Shown in pieces: positions 62,770 through 64,000 of a DNA stretch of 64,000 nucleotides; the stretch's first letter is position 1; each line of letters starts with the position of its first letter. Location: NCBI RefSeq assembly GCF_004010195.1, contig NC_057743.1:21104141-21168140 (forward strand), given 5' to 3'. The position numbers and the translations under genes were made by a program. Below the pieces are notes generated by a model that saw only the letters and a list, made by a program, of their open reading frames with translations, had not been told where the DNA came from and searched no databases. The stretch is from Chiloscyllium plagiosum (Eukaryota).

Positions 62770-64000
62770 CCACCACCTTTAGTTTTTGTTGATGGCCAGT
62801 TGTGTGAACCTTACCACTTGCGTCCTGGAAGTTTGTATAAATAGCATCCTTTTTGAAATTGGATTACCTGGGGAAAGCATACCTTTTGTGATTCTCCCAG
62901 AAGCTGCTGGAGTTATTTGGAGTATTGAACAATGATGGAGTCACACAGATGTAGCTCAGGACCTTTAGATAAGTTAATACTTACAAAAGTAACAGCTCAA
63001 AAGATGATCACAAAACCCATAAAGGTTATAAAGACTGTAGGATCTAATCCATTTACGCCTAAAGGGTTTCAATCTTTTTTTTAATGAAGAACTGCCTTCC
63101 TTCTGTCCTCAAAGGAAAAGAACATGCAGTATGTGAGTTGTTTCAGTCATGTCACTGTAGAGCAGCTATTGAATGCATCAGTGATGCAAAACATGAATAC
63201 TTAAATACTCCAGTTGTCAACAATTCCAACATCAAGAGCTTGGAGGTATAAAATGATTCTGCACATGCCACAATAGTTCTTTACTCAAATTTAACAAATA
63301 AAGTGATCTGTTGAATCACAGTAGGCATTTGACACAAAATTTAATTCAATGACTTTGACAGGAATGCAACTCTAATTTCTCTAGGACATTTCTGTATTAA
63401 AGCTACCAACAGCAGACATTTCAACCAACTGAGCGTAGCACCATGCCAGGTACTTAATGGTGATCAGAAGAATATGTAATCTGGAGAAATCTTCCATGTA
63501 AAAACTGGACACTACCCACAAACTGAAGTGATTTGAGTAACATCAACCTTTATGACATGCAAAAAAACCCATTCTTTAAGAAAATTTGTGCCTGTCAATG
63601 AGTGAAAATTAACTTTTTTTGTGATCCAGCTGACCCAAACATTTTGATGTACTGCTTCCTCACTCAGAGTTGAACCGTATGCTTAACTGCAACCAAAAAG
63701 TGTGTATCTTTCATTATTCACCCAGCTTATTAAGGTTGCTGGGGAGTTCTGAGGAACTGGTAGTTTTTGCATTTGCCTCATCTTGCAGGGGCTGAGCTGG
63801 CTTTGCTGCCCCTCATTTTGTACATGGTGCATTGCAAGTAACTGTGGAGGAACTTGTCCAATGAAGATCGGCAGGATTTCAGGGCCAATTCTGGAAGTGA
63901 AAACCCTGTTTGCTAATTTACTGGGTTGTTTGTTACATCTGTTTTTAGCCAAAGATTTAAGGCTATCTTCTGGCTATTTAAAAATTAATGTTGTCTAGGT
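62770..64000 (-). mobile_element. Heavily decayed BEL/Pao-like LTR retrotransposon internal remnant
   Basis: Ordered motif relics in shifting minus frames: EILPIFIGQVPPQL (gag-like), IKMFGS (protease-like), EDFSRLHILLITIKYL, LIQKCPREI, VIQQITLF, GRQFFIKK (integrase Zn region), GLD, FW and P.QKLKVVE (C-terminus). Confidence 0.45.

Noticed and set aside
63683-63952. 89-aa minus ORF as a nested host gene
   Set aside because: TTG start with an upstream in-frame stop and no host homology recognised; better explained as a retroelement relic.

Overview
This is eukaryotic, repeat-rich, AT-rich DNA from a cartilaginous fish. The HE1-type SINEs and HER1/CR1-type LINEs point to a shark, plausibly a bamboo or carpet shark (inference). 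The only host coding sequence I can support is one 144-nt internal exon of SSU72, the RNA polymerase II CTD phosphatase, on the + strand at 11319-11462. It has a U2-type acceptor upstream and a U12-type (minor spliceosome)-like donor, GTATCCAT, downstream. I found neither exon 1 nor exon 3, so the rest of the window appears to be intron: >11 kb of intron 1 and >52 kb of a probable giant minor intron 2. The introns hold nested CR1/HER1 LINE fragments (mostly antisense), HE1 SINEs, older CR1/L2-clade LINEs, Tc1/pogo-type MITEs, Penelope-like element (PLE) fragments and a decayed BEL/Pao-like remnant. The best leads are the U12-like donor with an in-frame stop and a nearby cryptic U2 donor, the giant minor intron, a perfect 38-bp hairpin 1.2 kb into that intron, a sense-strand minimal hammerhead ribozyme in a PLE terminus, foldback PLE mini-insertions with long TSDs, and locally templated insertion scars. 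Nearly all ORFs in the supplied track are repeat-derived or spurious. All calls were made by eye, repeat boundaries are approximate, and no databases were searched. I see no prokaryotic-type system such as CRISPR or an operon.
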